Shown one piece after another: positions 10,219 through 19,786 of a stretch of 49,752 bases of DNA (positions are counted from its first letter, which is position 1; each line of letters opens with the position of its first letter). The stretch is from Candidatus Hydrogenedentes bacterium CG07_land_8_20_14_0_80_42_17 (lineage in GTDB: Bacteria; UBA8481), in NCBI GenBank assembly GCA_002780065.1, contig PEWQ01000080.1:7435-57186 (forward strand), read 5' to 3'. The notes under the pieces were generated by a model, which did no database searches, was not told where the DNA came from, and worked only from the letters and a program-made list of their open reading frames with translations. The translations under genes and the position numbers were made by a program.

Positions 10219-10695
10219 ATGTCTGAAAACTTATTAGGAAAAAATATACCTGAAGCAGAACTCATAGCGCTGGATGAAAAAGGACCGAAGAAGGTTAAAT
10301 TTTCAGAATTGAAAGGCGCACCGGCATTATTGCTTTTCTTTCCTTTAGTAAATACTGGTGTTTGCCATTCGGAAATGTGTTCAATTCGGGATAGTATTCA
10401 AAGATATAACTCTTTAAAAACTCGAGTGATTGCTGTTTCAGTAGATTCACCTTTTGCGTGGAAGTTGTGGGCGGAAAAAGAAGGATTCAAATTTGAATTC
10501 TGGTCAGATTTTAATAAAGAAGCTTCAAATAAGCTCGGCTGTATTTATGAGGAACTTGTTGGTCTGAAAGGTGTTTCTAAAAGATCAGCCTTCATTGTTG
10601 ATGCAAAAGGCATAATTCAATATGCATGGATTTCTGAGGATTCTAAAAAATTGCCTTTGTTTGATGAAATAGTTTCAGTATTGCAAAAGCTGTAG
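10219..10695 (+). CDS. Peroxiredoxin (AhpC/TSA family, AhpE/Bcp-like)
   Basis: FFPLVNTGVCHSE peroxidatic-Cys motif. GGAGG lies 8 nt upstream of ATG 10219. The ORF is open from 10168. Confidence 0.85.
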   Translation: MSENLLGKNIPEAELIALDEKGPKKVKFSELKGAPALLLFFPLVNTGVCHSEMCSIRDSIQRYNSLKTRVIAVSVDSPFAWKLWAEKEGFKFEFWSDFNKEASNKLGCIYEELVGLKGVSKRSAFIVDAKGIIQYAWISEDSKKLPLFDEIVSVLQKL

Positions 10696-10708
10696 AGTTG
10701 AATTGGGG

Positions 10709-11620
10709 CTAGAAGGATATCGATCCGCTGATTCGGTGAGTATCGCCCAACGGTCCAAAAGGAACATAAGCGTAATCAAATTCTATTGATTTTAAAGCAA
10801 GACCGATTCCTGCTGTTAATCCTTCGTTTAAATCTGATTGCATCTGAGTTTTATATCCGGCTCGAATTGCAATTATTTCCGTGGGCTTCCATTCAGCTCC
10901 GATCATTGCATCGACATTGTCAACTCCATTGTTTGCTATGTCGCCTGCAATGAGAAAATTTCCGGTGTGATAACTTGCTCCAATACGTAATGTCATCGGT
11001 AAATCACTTCTATCGTTAATGAATTTTAATCCCGGTCCTATATTAGTTGCCGAAGCTCCTATCGAAAAATGTTCATTTAAGTTATGACGTATACCAATGT
11101 CTCCTGAAAAACCGCTGGCAGAGATATTATCTATTTCACTTCTGATATATCTGCCTGCAATTCCCCATGCAGTTTTAGAATTAATCCTTCTCGCATAATG
11201 AATTGCTCCGGAAAAATCACTAACTCCAAATGTGCCTGATGAAACTCCGAATCTCCCAAATGCGTCGTCTGTTGTTTTTTCTATGTTATTCGAACCAAGA
11301 AAATTAAATGTCACAGCGGCTTTACCTCCGAGAAAAGGAGCCTTAAACCCTCCAAATTGCTGAGAAATTCCTTGCACCCACTCGCTATATTGAAATCCGA
11401 TTTCGTAACCGTCTTTTTCTGCTATTGCCGCTGGTTGTCCGTACAGAGTAAACACGCTCGATCCATAAGCTGAATATGTTCCGCCCATTGCAACATGCCT
11501 GGCGCCTGCTTCAATTCTTAAAAAGTCCGCCCCGCTAGTTCCAGCACTGTTAGATATGGCTTCGCTTCTTGCTACAAAAATAGCCAAAAGCAAAAACATA
11601 ATTATTACGGTGCGCTTCAT
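10709..11620 (-). CDS. Outer-membrane beta-barrel protein, PorV/PorQ-like
   Basis: Signal peptide, N-terminal GADFLRIEAGARHVAMGG motif, alternating beta-strand pattern, C-terminal aromatic residue (..SISF). Confidence 0.55.
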   Translation of the reverse strand: MKRTVIIMFLLLAIFVARSEAISNSAGTSGADFLRIEAGARHVAMGGTYSAYGSSVFTLYGQPAAIAEKDGYEIGFQYSEWVQGISQQFGGFKAPFLGGKAAVTFNFLGSNNIEKTTDDAFGRFGVSSGTFGVSDFSGAIHYARRINSKTAWGIAGRYIRSEIDNISASGFSGDIGIRHNLNEHFSIGASATNIGPGLKFINDRSDLPMTLRIGASYHTGNFLIAGDIANNGVDNVDAMIGAEWKPTEIIAIRAGYKTQMQSDLNEGLTAGIGLALKSIEFDYAYVPFGPLGDTHRISGSISF

Positions 11621-11706
11621 ATCTACAGTTTAGCATTATTTAACATATTTATTCCAGTTCTCTGCAAAAAAAATTACTTAATTATTTATAGTTCAACGTT
11701 TAGCGT

Positions 11707-13320
11707 CTATTCTTTAACTATTTCAACACTGTCTGCGCCAAATAACCGCTTTATCTTTTCAATTTCAGGGTCAAGATCTTCTGCTTTGCTTTTATCAGAA
11801 GATTTTTCATCTTCAAAATTTAGTTCTTTTTGAATTTGCTGAGGTTTACTCTGCGCTGACAATTCAAACTCAATATGAAATTTTCCGGTTTGTACAAACT
11901 CGATAGCGTGTTTTATATCTGCGATAGCTTTATGATCTTTTTCAAATCTTTCAAATAACGTTTTGTCTTTAAAAAGCAATTTTAGAGTTCCGTCTTTAGG
12001 TATGGATATCTCTGCATCTCTACAATATTTTTCTGAATTGGGAGAAGCTGCTTTAAGTTCAGAAAAAAATTCTTCTTTTCTGAAAATAGATAGGAGTTTT
12101 TTCTTATCCCATTCTCTGCTAGTTTCAATTTTTTTTACTGTTTTTTGTTCCGGCTCAATAGCTGTATCTTCTCTAATAGATTTAAAAGTTTCATAATTTA
12201 AAAGTTTTTCATATAACTCTTTTAGAGTTTTTTCATCATTTGAAATTGAAGAGAGTTTTGCGATGAGAAGTTCAAGTTCGATCAGAGGATGCCGGCTGTA
12301 TCTTGTTCTTTCCATCGAGAAAAGTATTGATTCGATGCTTCTTACTATTCTCCCCTTTTTGAAATTCTTATCGTTTCCTCGTATCACATCAAACAATTCT
12401 TTTCTGAAAGCAAAAAGTAAAGCTCTCATGACTTCACTTGTGTCGACTCCAAATTCCCAAAGCTCTTTCAAAATGTTTTCCGCATTTTCCGAGTCTGCCA
12501 CTGCAATTGAATTCATTAATTTTTCAATTGAAACCGAAGGAATAGCTCCTAAAACCTCTTCAGTATCTTTTAAATTTATTTTGTCTGATGAATAAGCTCT
12601 GACCATATCGAGCGCTGAAATAGCGTCTCGCACTCCGCCTTCTGAATATTCACATATAAGTCTTACTGCTGATTCCTCTATATCGATAGATTCAGCTTTT
12701 GCAATCTTCTTTAATCTTTCTGTAAGTTCATCAGAACTTACAGGCCTGAAATCAAATCGCAGACATCTTGAGCGTATTGGTGAGGGCACCTTGTGACCTT
12801 CAGTTGTTGCCATTATAAATACAACGTGCGACGGGGGTTCTTCAATAGTTTTTAAAAGTGCGCCAAATGCCTGAGCAGAAAGCATGTGAGTTTCATCGAT
12901 AATGAAGACCTTGTATCTTCCTTTAGCTGGAACAGTCGATACAGATTGAATGATTGTCTCCCTTACATTGTCGATTCCTGTGTTAGAAGCGGCATCGATT
13001 TCCAACACATCTATGTGATTGCTTCTTGATATTTCAATACAGCTTTCACATTTTCCGCAAGGTGTTGAAGTAATCCCTTTTTCGCAATTTAATGCTTTGG
13101 CAAGTATTCTCGCCATTGTGGTTTTGCCGAGACCGCGGCTACCTATAAAAAGATATGCGGGGGCAACGTGGTTTGTCTCTACAGCTTTTTTTAAAGTTCT
13201 GACTATGTGAGGCTGACCGATCACTTCTTCAAAAGTTTGAGGACGATATTTTCGTGCAAGACCGACATAATTTTTTGACACTTCTTTATCGTTTTCTTTC
13301 ACTGTCTTTTTAGACATCAA
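11707..13320 (-). CDS. dnaX: DNA polymerase III subunit tau/gamma
   Basis: LARKYRPQTFEEVIGQ, Walker A GSRGLGKTT, zinc module CGKCESC. GGAGG RBS upstream. Confidence 0.95.
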   Translation of the reverse strand: MMSKKTVKENDKEVSKNYVGLARKYRPQTFEEVIGQPHIVRTLKKAVETNHVAPAYLFIGSRGLGKTTMARILAKALNCEKGITSTPCGKCESCIEISRSNHIDVLEIDAASNTGIDNVRETIIQSVSTVPAKGRYKVFIIDETHMLSAQAFGALLKTIEEPPSHVVFIMATTEGHKVPSPIRSRCLRFDFRPVSSDELTERLKKIAKAESIDIEESAVRLICEYSEGGVRDAISALDMVRAYSSDKINLKDTEEVLGAIPSVSIEKLMNSIAVADSENAENILKELWEFGVDTSEVMRALLFAFRKELFDVIRGNDKNFKKGRIVRSIESILFSMERTRYSRHPLIELELLIAKLSSISNDEKTLKELYEKLLNYETFKSIREDTAIEPEQKTVKKIETSREWDKKKLLSIFRKEEFFSELKAASPNSEKYCRDAEISIPKDGTLKLLFKDKTLFERFEKDHKAIADIKHAIEFVQTGKFHIEFELSAQSKPQQIQKELNFEDEKSSDKSKAEDLDPEIEKIKRLFGADSVEIVKE

Positions 13321-13335
13321 GTATCCTCCTTATTT

Positions 13336-13604
13336 GCGCGCCCCTGAATTCGAAATACTGACAATATTTTTTCGACCCTGCTAGGGCTCCGGCAAGCCTA
13401 ATCTGCGGCACACACAAAATTCGCTTAGGGCTGCTCCGATCAAGGCCTGACCCATTTCACGAGATTGCATTGCACAGGGACCCGCCTTCGTCGCCTTCGA
13501 TGAATCGGTCCAAATATTACAGCTACCCCTCTATTCAGGCATTCAGCCCCGCGTGTAGCGGATTTCGGGAGTTAGGGAACCGCTATCTCCCCGCCTAGGC
13601 GCGC
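13336..13604 (-). ncRNA. ffs: Signal recognition particle RNA, long (Bacillus-type, about 270 nt) form
   Basis: The minus strand reads GUCAGGCCUUGAUCGGAGCAGCC...GUGUGCCG. This matches the domain IV core of 4.5S RNA (GUCAGGUCCGGAAGGAAGCAGCC...GUGUGCCG) with identical spacing. The ends GCGCGCC/GGCGCGC pair. It is a sharp GC-rich island in AT-rich DNA. An upstream promoter is TTGTTT-17-TAAAAT. Ends are approximate (+/-10 nt). Confidence 0.85.
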
Positions 13605-13703
13605 ATTACAATTTTAGTCGTTACCTATGACTAAAACAATCTCAAAATTTCTATAAGAAAATGCTTTGAAGTATTTTTGATAATCATGTAGACTTCTTTT
13701 CTT

Positions 13704-14018
13704 ATGAACTTAAATAAATTAATGAAGGAAATGCAGAAGGTTCAAGTTGAGACTGAAAAGGCTCAAAATGAACTTAATGATATGACATTTGAAGGAGTCT
13801 CAGGCGGAGGAGCCGTTACTATTAAGTTGACGGGCAAATATAAAGTGATTGGAATAGAGATATCTGATGATGCCTTGAAGGATTCTGATAAAGAAATGCT
13901 TCAGGATATGATCAAAGTTGCTCTGGATGATGTTTTAAAAAAGATTGATGAGGTTGTGAAACAGCTTGCTACGAAGGCTATGAGCGGCATTGCGATTCCA
14001 GGCATGCCTTCTTTTTGA
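13704..14018 (+). CDS. ybaB: Nucleoid-associated protein YbaB/EbfC
   Basis: 104 aa; MQKVQ...GGGAVTIKLTG...IEI pattern typical of the family. Confidence 0.9.
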   Translation: MNLNKLMKEMQKVQVETEKAQNELNDMTFEGVSGGGAVTIKLTGKYKVIGIEISDDALKDSDKEMLQDMIKVALDDVLKKIDEVVKQLATKAMSGIAIPGMPSF

Positions 14019-14093
14019 AGTCTGACTAAGCTTTTTTCTTGAACTACTAAGTCAAGTCTCATACGGGACTTGTGAAATAAATGGAGGATTATT

Positions 14094-14231
14094 ATGAAGC
14101 GAACGTATCAACCGCATAATCGCAGGCGTAAGAAGACACACGGATTCAGATCGCGTATGTCTTCTCCTACAGGCAGAAGAGTGCTTGCTGCACGAAGGAA
14201 AAAAGGCAGAAAAAAACTTACAGTTAGTTAA
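14094..14231 (+). CDS. rpmH: 50S ribosomal protein L34
   Basis: Not in the ORF track (45 aa). Translation is [50 protein letters not shown] lies 7 nt upstream. Confidence 0.95.
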   Translation: MKRTYQPHNRRRKKTHGFRSRMSSPTGRRVLAARRKKGRKKLTVS

Positions 14232-14243
14232 TTCGCTTAAAAA

Positions 14244-14549
14244 GTGAAGATTAAGATTCGAGGAGCAAGAGGCAAAAAAAGAATTTGCCTTATTATGGAA
14301 TTTCGCCGTAAAGGTATTTTGCATAAATTAGAACCTGATTCGGCAGATGTAGAATTTGTAATTATAGGACGAAAATTATTCTCTGCTGTTGAGAGAAATA
14401 AGATAAAGAGGCGCATACGTGCGATTTTGACAAGTCTCTATAAAGAATCGAAAATAGGTCGAAGAGTATTTGTTTTCAGATTGAAAGGAAACTGGGCTGA
14501 AATGCCTTGGAAAGATTTTTATGAAATGGTTTTGAGAATGGTTCAATGA
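14244..14549 (+). CDS. rnpA: Ribonuclease P protein component
   Basis: [12 protein letters not shown] (RNR motif); position between rpmH and yidD. Start is uncertain (GTG 14244 or ATG 14295). Confidence 0.85.
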   Translation: MKIKIRGARGKKRICLIMEFRRKGILHKLEPDSADVEFVIIGRKLFSAVERNKIKRRIRAILTSLYKESKIGRRVFVFRLKGNWAEMPWKDFYEMVLRMVQ

Positions 14550-14773
14550 TAAAATTTATATGCTATCTGTGGACTTTACCGGTTCGAATTTATAAATTCA
14601 TTATTTCTCCGTTACTTCCACCTTCTTGTCGATTTACACCGTCCTGTTCTTCCTATGCTGTAGAGGCTGTAATGAAGCATGGTATTATTAGAGGCACTTT
14701 GTTGGCTACAAAAAGATTATGCAGATGCCATCCGTTTAATGACGGTGGCTACGATCCAGTTCCTAAGGTTTAA
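14546..14773 (+). CDS. yidD: Membrane protein insertion efficiency factor YidD
   Basis: [22 protein letters not shown]...HGGYDPVP-type motif. Confidence 0.93.
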   Translation: MIKFICYLWTLPVRIYKFIISPLLPPSCRFTPSCSSYAVEAVMKHGIIRGTLLATKRLCRCHPFNDGGYDPVPKV

Positions 14774-14776
14774 ATT

Positions 14777-16516
14777 ATGGAAGAGCGACGTTTACTAATA
14801 GCAGTATTATTCTCCATGATTATAGTTTTAGCTTGGCAGGTGCTATTTCCTTCACCTCACCCTAGAAAACCAATTGCGGTTTCAGATACTTACAGTATAA
14901 GTGTTACTGAAGCTAATGATTCTAACATAACTCAAATAAAACAAGATACAAAGCTAGTGAGTATTGTTAACGATTCCTTTTTTGTTGACTCGCCCTCAAT
15001 AGAGAGTATATTGAATACTGATTTATTTACAGTAACACTGTCTGAAACAGGCGGAGTAATCTCAAAATTGGATTTTAACAAGTATCTTTATACAGACTCC
15101 CGATTCATAACTCATGATGTAAATTTGATATATTCCAAATTATCCAATGCCTTTTTTTCTATTGCAATGGATGTTGATGATAAATCTGGATTATCAACTA
15201 AGAAGTGGAATCTTGTGTCTGCAGACAGTTCTTTGAATAGAAAATTTGCGTTGAGACCGAATATTCCAGAATTACCGCAGGGCCTTGAAATCGAAAAAAC
15301 GTTTGAGTTTGATTCAAACTCATATGGTTTTAACTGGATATTTAGAGTTAATAATTTATCTAATAATGAGATTACTCTTTCTACTGCAAGATATAAGGAT
15401 GAGTTATATCAGACAGAGAGAGAAGGATCATTTCTTCTTCATTTCGGGCCGGGCCTTGGATCCAATAATCCAGACATGAGGTTCAGCTCTCAGTATATCG
15501 TTAGCGGGATGTACGGGAAAGACTTAAAGGTTCAGAGTGCTGTTGTTTCAAAATCATGGTGGCATAATATCTTCGGTTTGCCTGCATTACCTGATGGAAT
15601 TGAGTGGTCGGCGCTTTCGAATAGATATTTTGTAATAGCGATAAAGCCAATTGAGTTTACATGCGACGCGAGATTTATCCAGAACCATGATGGTGAGATA
15701 AATTTTTGGCTTATTTTGCCACCGTTTACTATTGCTCCAAATGAGCATAAGGAATTTAGATTTAGAATATTTGCCGGTCCAAAGAAGACTGAAATTTTGA
15801 ATAGATTTGATCCCATGCTTGAAAAGCTTGATGGTATGGAGCCAAGTCTTTTACCCAAGAAAATTTCAATTGCTCGAATTATGGTCTCAATACTAGGTTG
15901 GATTAACAGTTATATCCATAATTGGGGTTGGTCAATCATACTTTTAACAATTATTGTAAGAGTCATTTTATATCCGCTTTCATATTATCAATTCAAATCG
16001 ATGGCGCGAATGCAAGGTCTGAAACCTAAAATTGATGCGATACAAGTAAAATACGCTGCAGACAAAGAACGCTTGCAGAGAGAATTGATGAGTGTTTACA
16101 AGGAAGCTGGTGTAAATCCGCTAGGAGGCTGTTTACCAATACTGTTGCAGATGCCTATTCTTATAGGTTTATTCATTGCATTACAGAATGCAATTGTATT
16201 ACGTGGAGTTCCATTTATTTTATGGATTAATGATTTATCAGTACCGGATACGATCTTTCATATTTTGGGAATCCCAATTAATCCTTTACCGCTTGCATTA
16301 TGTATTACAATGTATTATCAGCAAAAATTGACTCCTACTCCGAGTGCGGATCCGACTCAAAAACAGATGATGACGATGATGCCGCTCATAATGACAGTCT
16401 TGTTTTATAATTTTCCAAGCGGGCTTTCATTGTATTGGGTCATACAGAATATTTTATCAATTGGACAACAATTAGTAATGATGAGAAAAAGGGAGGTAGT
16501 AGATGGAAAGATTTGA
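14777..16516 (+). CDS. yidC: Membrane protein insertase YidC
   Basis: N-terminal TM segment, large periplasmic domain, and a C-terminal 60-kDa IMP core (GCLPILLQMPILIGLF, LSLYWVIQN). Confidence 0.93.
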   Translation: MEERRLLIAVLFSMIIVLAWQVLFPSPHPRKPIAVSDTYSISVTEANDSNITQIKQDTKLVSIVNDSFFVDSPSIESILNTDLFTVTLSETGGVISKLDFNKYLYTDSRFITHDVNLIYSKLSNAFFSIAMDVDDKSGLSTKKWNLVSADSSLNRKFALRPNIPELPQGLEIEKTFEFDSNSYGFNWIFRVNNLSNNEITLSTARYKDELYQTEREGSFLLHFGPGLGSNNPDMRFSSQYIVSGMYGKDLKVQSAVVSKSWWHNIFGLPALPDGIEWSALSNRYFVIAIKPIEFTCDARFIQNHDGEINFWLILPPFTIAPNEHKEFRFRIFAGPKKTEILNRFDPMLEKLDGMEPSLLPKKISIARIMVSILGWINSYIHNWGWSIILLTIIVRVILYPLSYYQFKSMARMQGLKPKIDAIQVKYAADKERLQRELMSVYKEAGVNPLGGCLPILLQMPILIGLFIALQNAIVLRGVPFILWINDLSVPDTIFHILGIPINPLPLALCITMYYQQKLTPTPSADPTQKQMMTMMPLIMTVLFYNFPSGLSLYWVIQNILSIGQQLVMMRKREVVDGKI

Positions 16517-17333
16517 TGAGATGGTGGGATCCGGTGAAACTGCACCTGTTCGAGTTGAGGTAGAGAGCAAACTTTTAGAGGATGCAATTGCAGAGGGACT
16601 TGCAAGGCTAGGAATTAGCAAAGAGGATGCTAATATAGAGATTATTGACGAGGGCAAGAAGGGAGGTTTTCTTGGAATTGGCGGTAAGAATGCTAAAGTT
16701 GTTGTTAGCAGAATTAGACGTCCGGAACTTATGATATCCGAGATTATAGAGAATTTAACTCTTCTTCTTGACGAGTCCGTTAAAGTGGTTTCAGTTAAAT
16801 TTAATGCAGGCAGATATTATTGTGAAATAGATTCAGAAAATATTGCGATTGTATTGGGTCGAAGAGGTAAGACATTAGACGCTCTTCAAATATTGCTATC
16901 TAATATCTTAGCAAAGCGGCTAGGGGAACGAGTAAGAGTAACTCTTGACGCGGCTGGCTTTAGAGAAAAGAGGAAAGAAGTATTGGTGCGAATTGCCCGT
17001 GAAGCATCAAAGGAGGCAATACGATCAGGACAACGGGTTCATTTGGAACCTATGTCTGCTCACGATAGAAAAATCATTCATGCTGAGCTTGCTAATTCAA
17101 AAGACGTGACGACAACAAGCGAAGATAAAGGTGAAAGACGTCATATTGTTATTAGTTCAGCGAATAAGTCTGAGGGTAATGATGAGAATTTAGTAATTTC
17201 TAAAGCACCTCGACGCAGGATTCCTACCAGATCTGCTTCTGGTAGAAGACCTAGAACTAATAGGCAAGAGCGAAATGATGACAATAATCAGCATTCTGAT
17301 ATTCAGAAAGAGCCCGATAACTCAGAGAAATAA
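16503..17333 (+). CDS. jag: RNA-binding protein Jag/KhpB (Jag-N, KH, R3H) with a basic/acidic C-terminal tail
   Basis: Domain order and the R3H region (EPMSAHDRKIIH); conserved position after yidC. Confidence 0.85.
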   Translation: MERFDEMVGSGETAPVRVEVESKLLEDAIAEGLARLGISKEDANIEIIDEGKKGGFLGIGGKNAKVVVSRIRRPELMISEIIENLTLLLDESVKVVSVKFNAGRYYCEIDSENIAIVLGRRGKTLDALQILLSNILAKRLGERVRVTLDAAGFREKRKEVLVRIAREASKEAIRSGQRVHLEPMSAHDRKIIHAELANSKDVTTTSEDKGERRHIVISSANKSEGNDENLVISKAPRRRIPTRSASGRRPRTNRQERNDDNNQHSDIQKEPDNSEK

Positions 17334-17336
17334 TAG

Positions 17337-17990
17337 TTGATTCCTTTTATTCCATCTCTATTAGAGCTAAGTGAATTTTGGAATAAAAATATTTCTGAAA
17401 GTTGTTCATATATTTCTAATCAATTACTTTTGGCTCCTTATCGAGCTGTTGGACCAAAAGAATTTGATAGAGTTCTTGATGAGATAGTTTTAGATTCATT
17501 AGCTCCAGCTATAATTGGTCTGATTGATAACAACAAGAAAAAGGTTATTGATTTAGGATGTGGTTCCGGCATTCCTTCTATTCCTTTAGCATTGTTTTTA
17601 CCTTTGACAGAATTTATTGCGATAGATTCTTCTATAAAAAGGATTGAATTTGCTAAGTGTATGGCAAAGAGTCTAAACATATCGAATATTGTATTTAGGA
17701 ATGTTTTTTTGGAGAAGAAAAAGGAAAAACAAAAATGCAGAAATTTGAAGTTATCTTCGACTTATGTGATTGCTCGAGGTTTCTCAGCATTAGAAAATAC
17801 TTGTGAAATATCGGAAAACTTGCTTTGTTCAGGGGGAAAATTAATTATCTATTCTACCAGTGAATATTGGACAAAAAACGAAGAGAAAATAAGTAGTATG
17901 AAGATATGGACGTCTAAATTTTATCCTTACATGCGGCACAATTCTGATCGTTTGTATGGATTAATAGAGCTCACGAAGAATTCTCGATAA
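17337..17990 (+). CDS. rsmG: 16S rRNA (guanine527-N7)-methyltransferase RsmG (GidB)
   Basis: SAM motif VIDLGCGSGIPSIPLAL; synteny. TTG start as in the track. Confidence 0.8.
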   Translation: MIPFIPSLLELSEFWNKNISESCSYISNQLLLAPYRAVGPKEFDRVLDEIVLDSLAPAIIGLIDNNKKKVIDLGCGSGIPSIPLALFLPLTEFIAIDSSIKRIEFAKCMAKSLNISNIVFRNVFLEKKKEKQKCRNLKLSSTYVIARGFSALENTCEISENLLCSGGKLIIYSTSEYWTKNEEKISSMKIWTSKFYPYMRHNSDRLYGLIELTKNSR

Positions 17991-18007
17991 CTTATTTTTC
18001 ATTTAAA

Positions 18008-18023
18008 TGTTTCACGTGAAACA
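18008..18023. promoter_or_regulatory. parS: parS centromere-like site
   Basis: TGTTTCACGTGAAACA is a perfect 16-bp palindrome matching the TGTTNCACGTGAAACA consensus. It lies 48 nt upstream of parA. Confidence 0.9.
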
Positions 18024-18070
18024 AAAAAAACTTGCATTAATTTATTAAAGCATTTATTACTTAGCAACTT

Positions 18071-18940
18071 ATGCAAATAATTACAATCGCAAATCAAAAA
18101 GGCGGAGTCGGAAAAACAACGACAGCAGTGAATCTTGCTGCAAGTTTGGCGGCTTCTGAGTATAATACTCTTCTTATTGATTTAGACCCTCAAACTAATG
18201 CCAGTTCCTCTTTGAACATAACTAATTCTTCGGAAAGCCAAAAAAATATTTATGAATTACTAATTCAATGCATTCAAAACGAAACAATATCTTTTGAGCC
18301 AACAACGTCGATGATAGATAGGCTTCATGTTGTTCCAGGAACTATTGATCTCGCCGCTGTAGAAAGTGAATTCTCTGAATTAGATAATCCTCAAATGCTG
18401 CTGAGCAAATTACTGAACAAAGTTAAACTTGATTGTAATTATGATTTCTTAATTATTGATACTCCTCCAGGAATAGGATTACTGACAATTAATGCCCTTG
18501 TGGCTGCAGACAAGCTAATAATTCCTGTTCAATCTGAATATTTGGCTCTCGAGGGATTATGCCTTATGCTTGAAACATTAGATCGAATTAAAGAAGGATT
18601 TGATTCACATTTATCTAACGTATATATTTTGATAACAATGTACGATTCGCGGCTTAAACTTTCAAAAGCTGTTGAAAAAGAACTAAGAGAAAAAATAGTG
18701 GGGAATTCAGAACTCATTATTTGTAATACTGTTATTCCTCGGAACGTTCGGCTCGCTGAGGCACCAAGCCATGGTTTGCCGATAATGCTTTTTGATCCGG
18801 CATCTTCCGGCGCTTCGGCATATATTGAATTAGCAAAGGAGGTTTTGAAAAATGAAGAGGCAAACACTGGGAAGAGGATTGGAATTACTTCTCCCCAAAA
18901 AGAAGATTCACCACGAAGAGATTCAAACTTTATCGACTGA
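18071..18940 (+). CDS. parA: Chromosome partitioning ATPase ParA/Soj, with an unusual 29-aa C-terminal extension overlapping parB
   Basis: Deviant Walker A NQKGGVGKTTT. The canonical end (...YIELAKEVLKN) is followed by an open frame to 18940. Confidence 0.9.
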   Translation: MQIITIANQKGGVGKTTTAVNLAASLAASEYNTLLIDLDPQTNASSSLNITNSSESQKNIYELLIQCIQNETISFEPTTSMIDRLHVVPGTIDLAAVESEFSELDNPQMLLSKLLNKVKLDCNYDFLIIDTPPGIGLLTINALVAADKLIIPVQSEYLALEGLCLMLETLDRIKEGFDSHLSNVYILITMYDSRLKLSKAVEKELREKIVGNSELIICNTVIPRNVRLAEAPSHGLPIMLFDPASSGASAYIELAKEVLKNEEANTGKRIGITSPQKEDSPRRDSNFID

Positions 18941-19763
18941 TGAAACAAATGTTGAAATATCGAAGAAGTCTGAAAATGATATAAAATTAGTTTCTATTGA
19001 TGAAATCCGTCCCAACCCAAATCAACCCCGAAAAAACTTTAACAATGAAGCGCTGAATGAATTAGCTCAGTCGATAACAAAAGATGGACTTCTGCAACCA
19101 ATTCTTGTAGTTCCATCAAAAGAGAACAAATTCTTTTTTATTGTTGCTGGAGAACGTAGATGGAGAGCCTCAAAAATAGCTGGTATGAAGAAGATACCGG
19201 TGTTGATACAAAAGGAATCAAATCCTCAAAAGATGTTAGATTTAGCACTTATTGAAAATCTTCAACGTGAAGATCTAAATCCAATTGAAGAGGCAGAAGC
19301 GTATAAAAAACTAAATACTGAATTTGGATTAAGTCATGATGCAATAGGAACTAGGGTTGGAAAATCAAGGTCATATATTTCTAATTCGCTAAGAATTTTG
19401 TCATTGCCAGCTGAAATTATTAAAGGTTTGTCTGATGGTAAAGTGACTATTGGCCAAGCTCGCCCGCTCTTGAGTTTAAACTCGAATGATGCTTTAAATG
19501 TTTATAAAAGAATATTATCTGAAAATTATTCGGCTAGAGATGTCGAAAAAGAGGTTAAAAGCTCAAAATTACCAAAAAATAAAAAGAACATTTTCAGTGA
19601 TACTGTTTCTTTAAATGATGCAGTTGCTCGAATGATGCAAAAATATGGACGTAAGGTAATTGTTTCTGGAAATGACAAAAGAGGTAAAATAATCTTTGAA
19701 TATTATTCGAAAGAAGATCTTATTAATCTTTTTGAACAGTTATTGGAATCTAGAAAAAATTAA
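18852..19763 (+). CDS. parB: Chromosome partitioning protein ParB/Spo0J
   Basis: N-terminal LGRGLELLL, GERRWRAS box, HTH region. Confidence 0.92.
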   Translation: MKRQTLGRGLELLLPKKKIHHEEIQTLSTDETNVEISKKSENDIKLVSIDEIRPNPNQPRKNFNNEALNELAQSITKDGLLQPILVVPSKENKFFFIVAGERRWRASKIAGMKKIPVLIQKESNPQKMLDLALIENLQREDLNPIEEAEAYKKLNTEFGLSHDAIGTRVGKSRSYISNSLRILSLPAEIIKGLSDGKVTIGQARPLLSLNSNDALNVYKRILSENYSARDVEKEVKSSKLPKNKKNIFSDTVSLNDAVARMMQKYGRKVIVSGNDKRGKIIFEYYSKEDLINLFEQLLESRKN

Positions 19764-19786
19764 TTGAGAAAGGATTTATTTAGACT

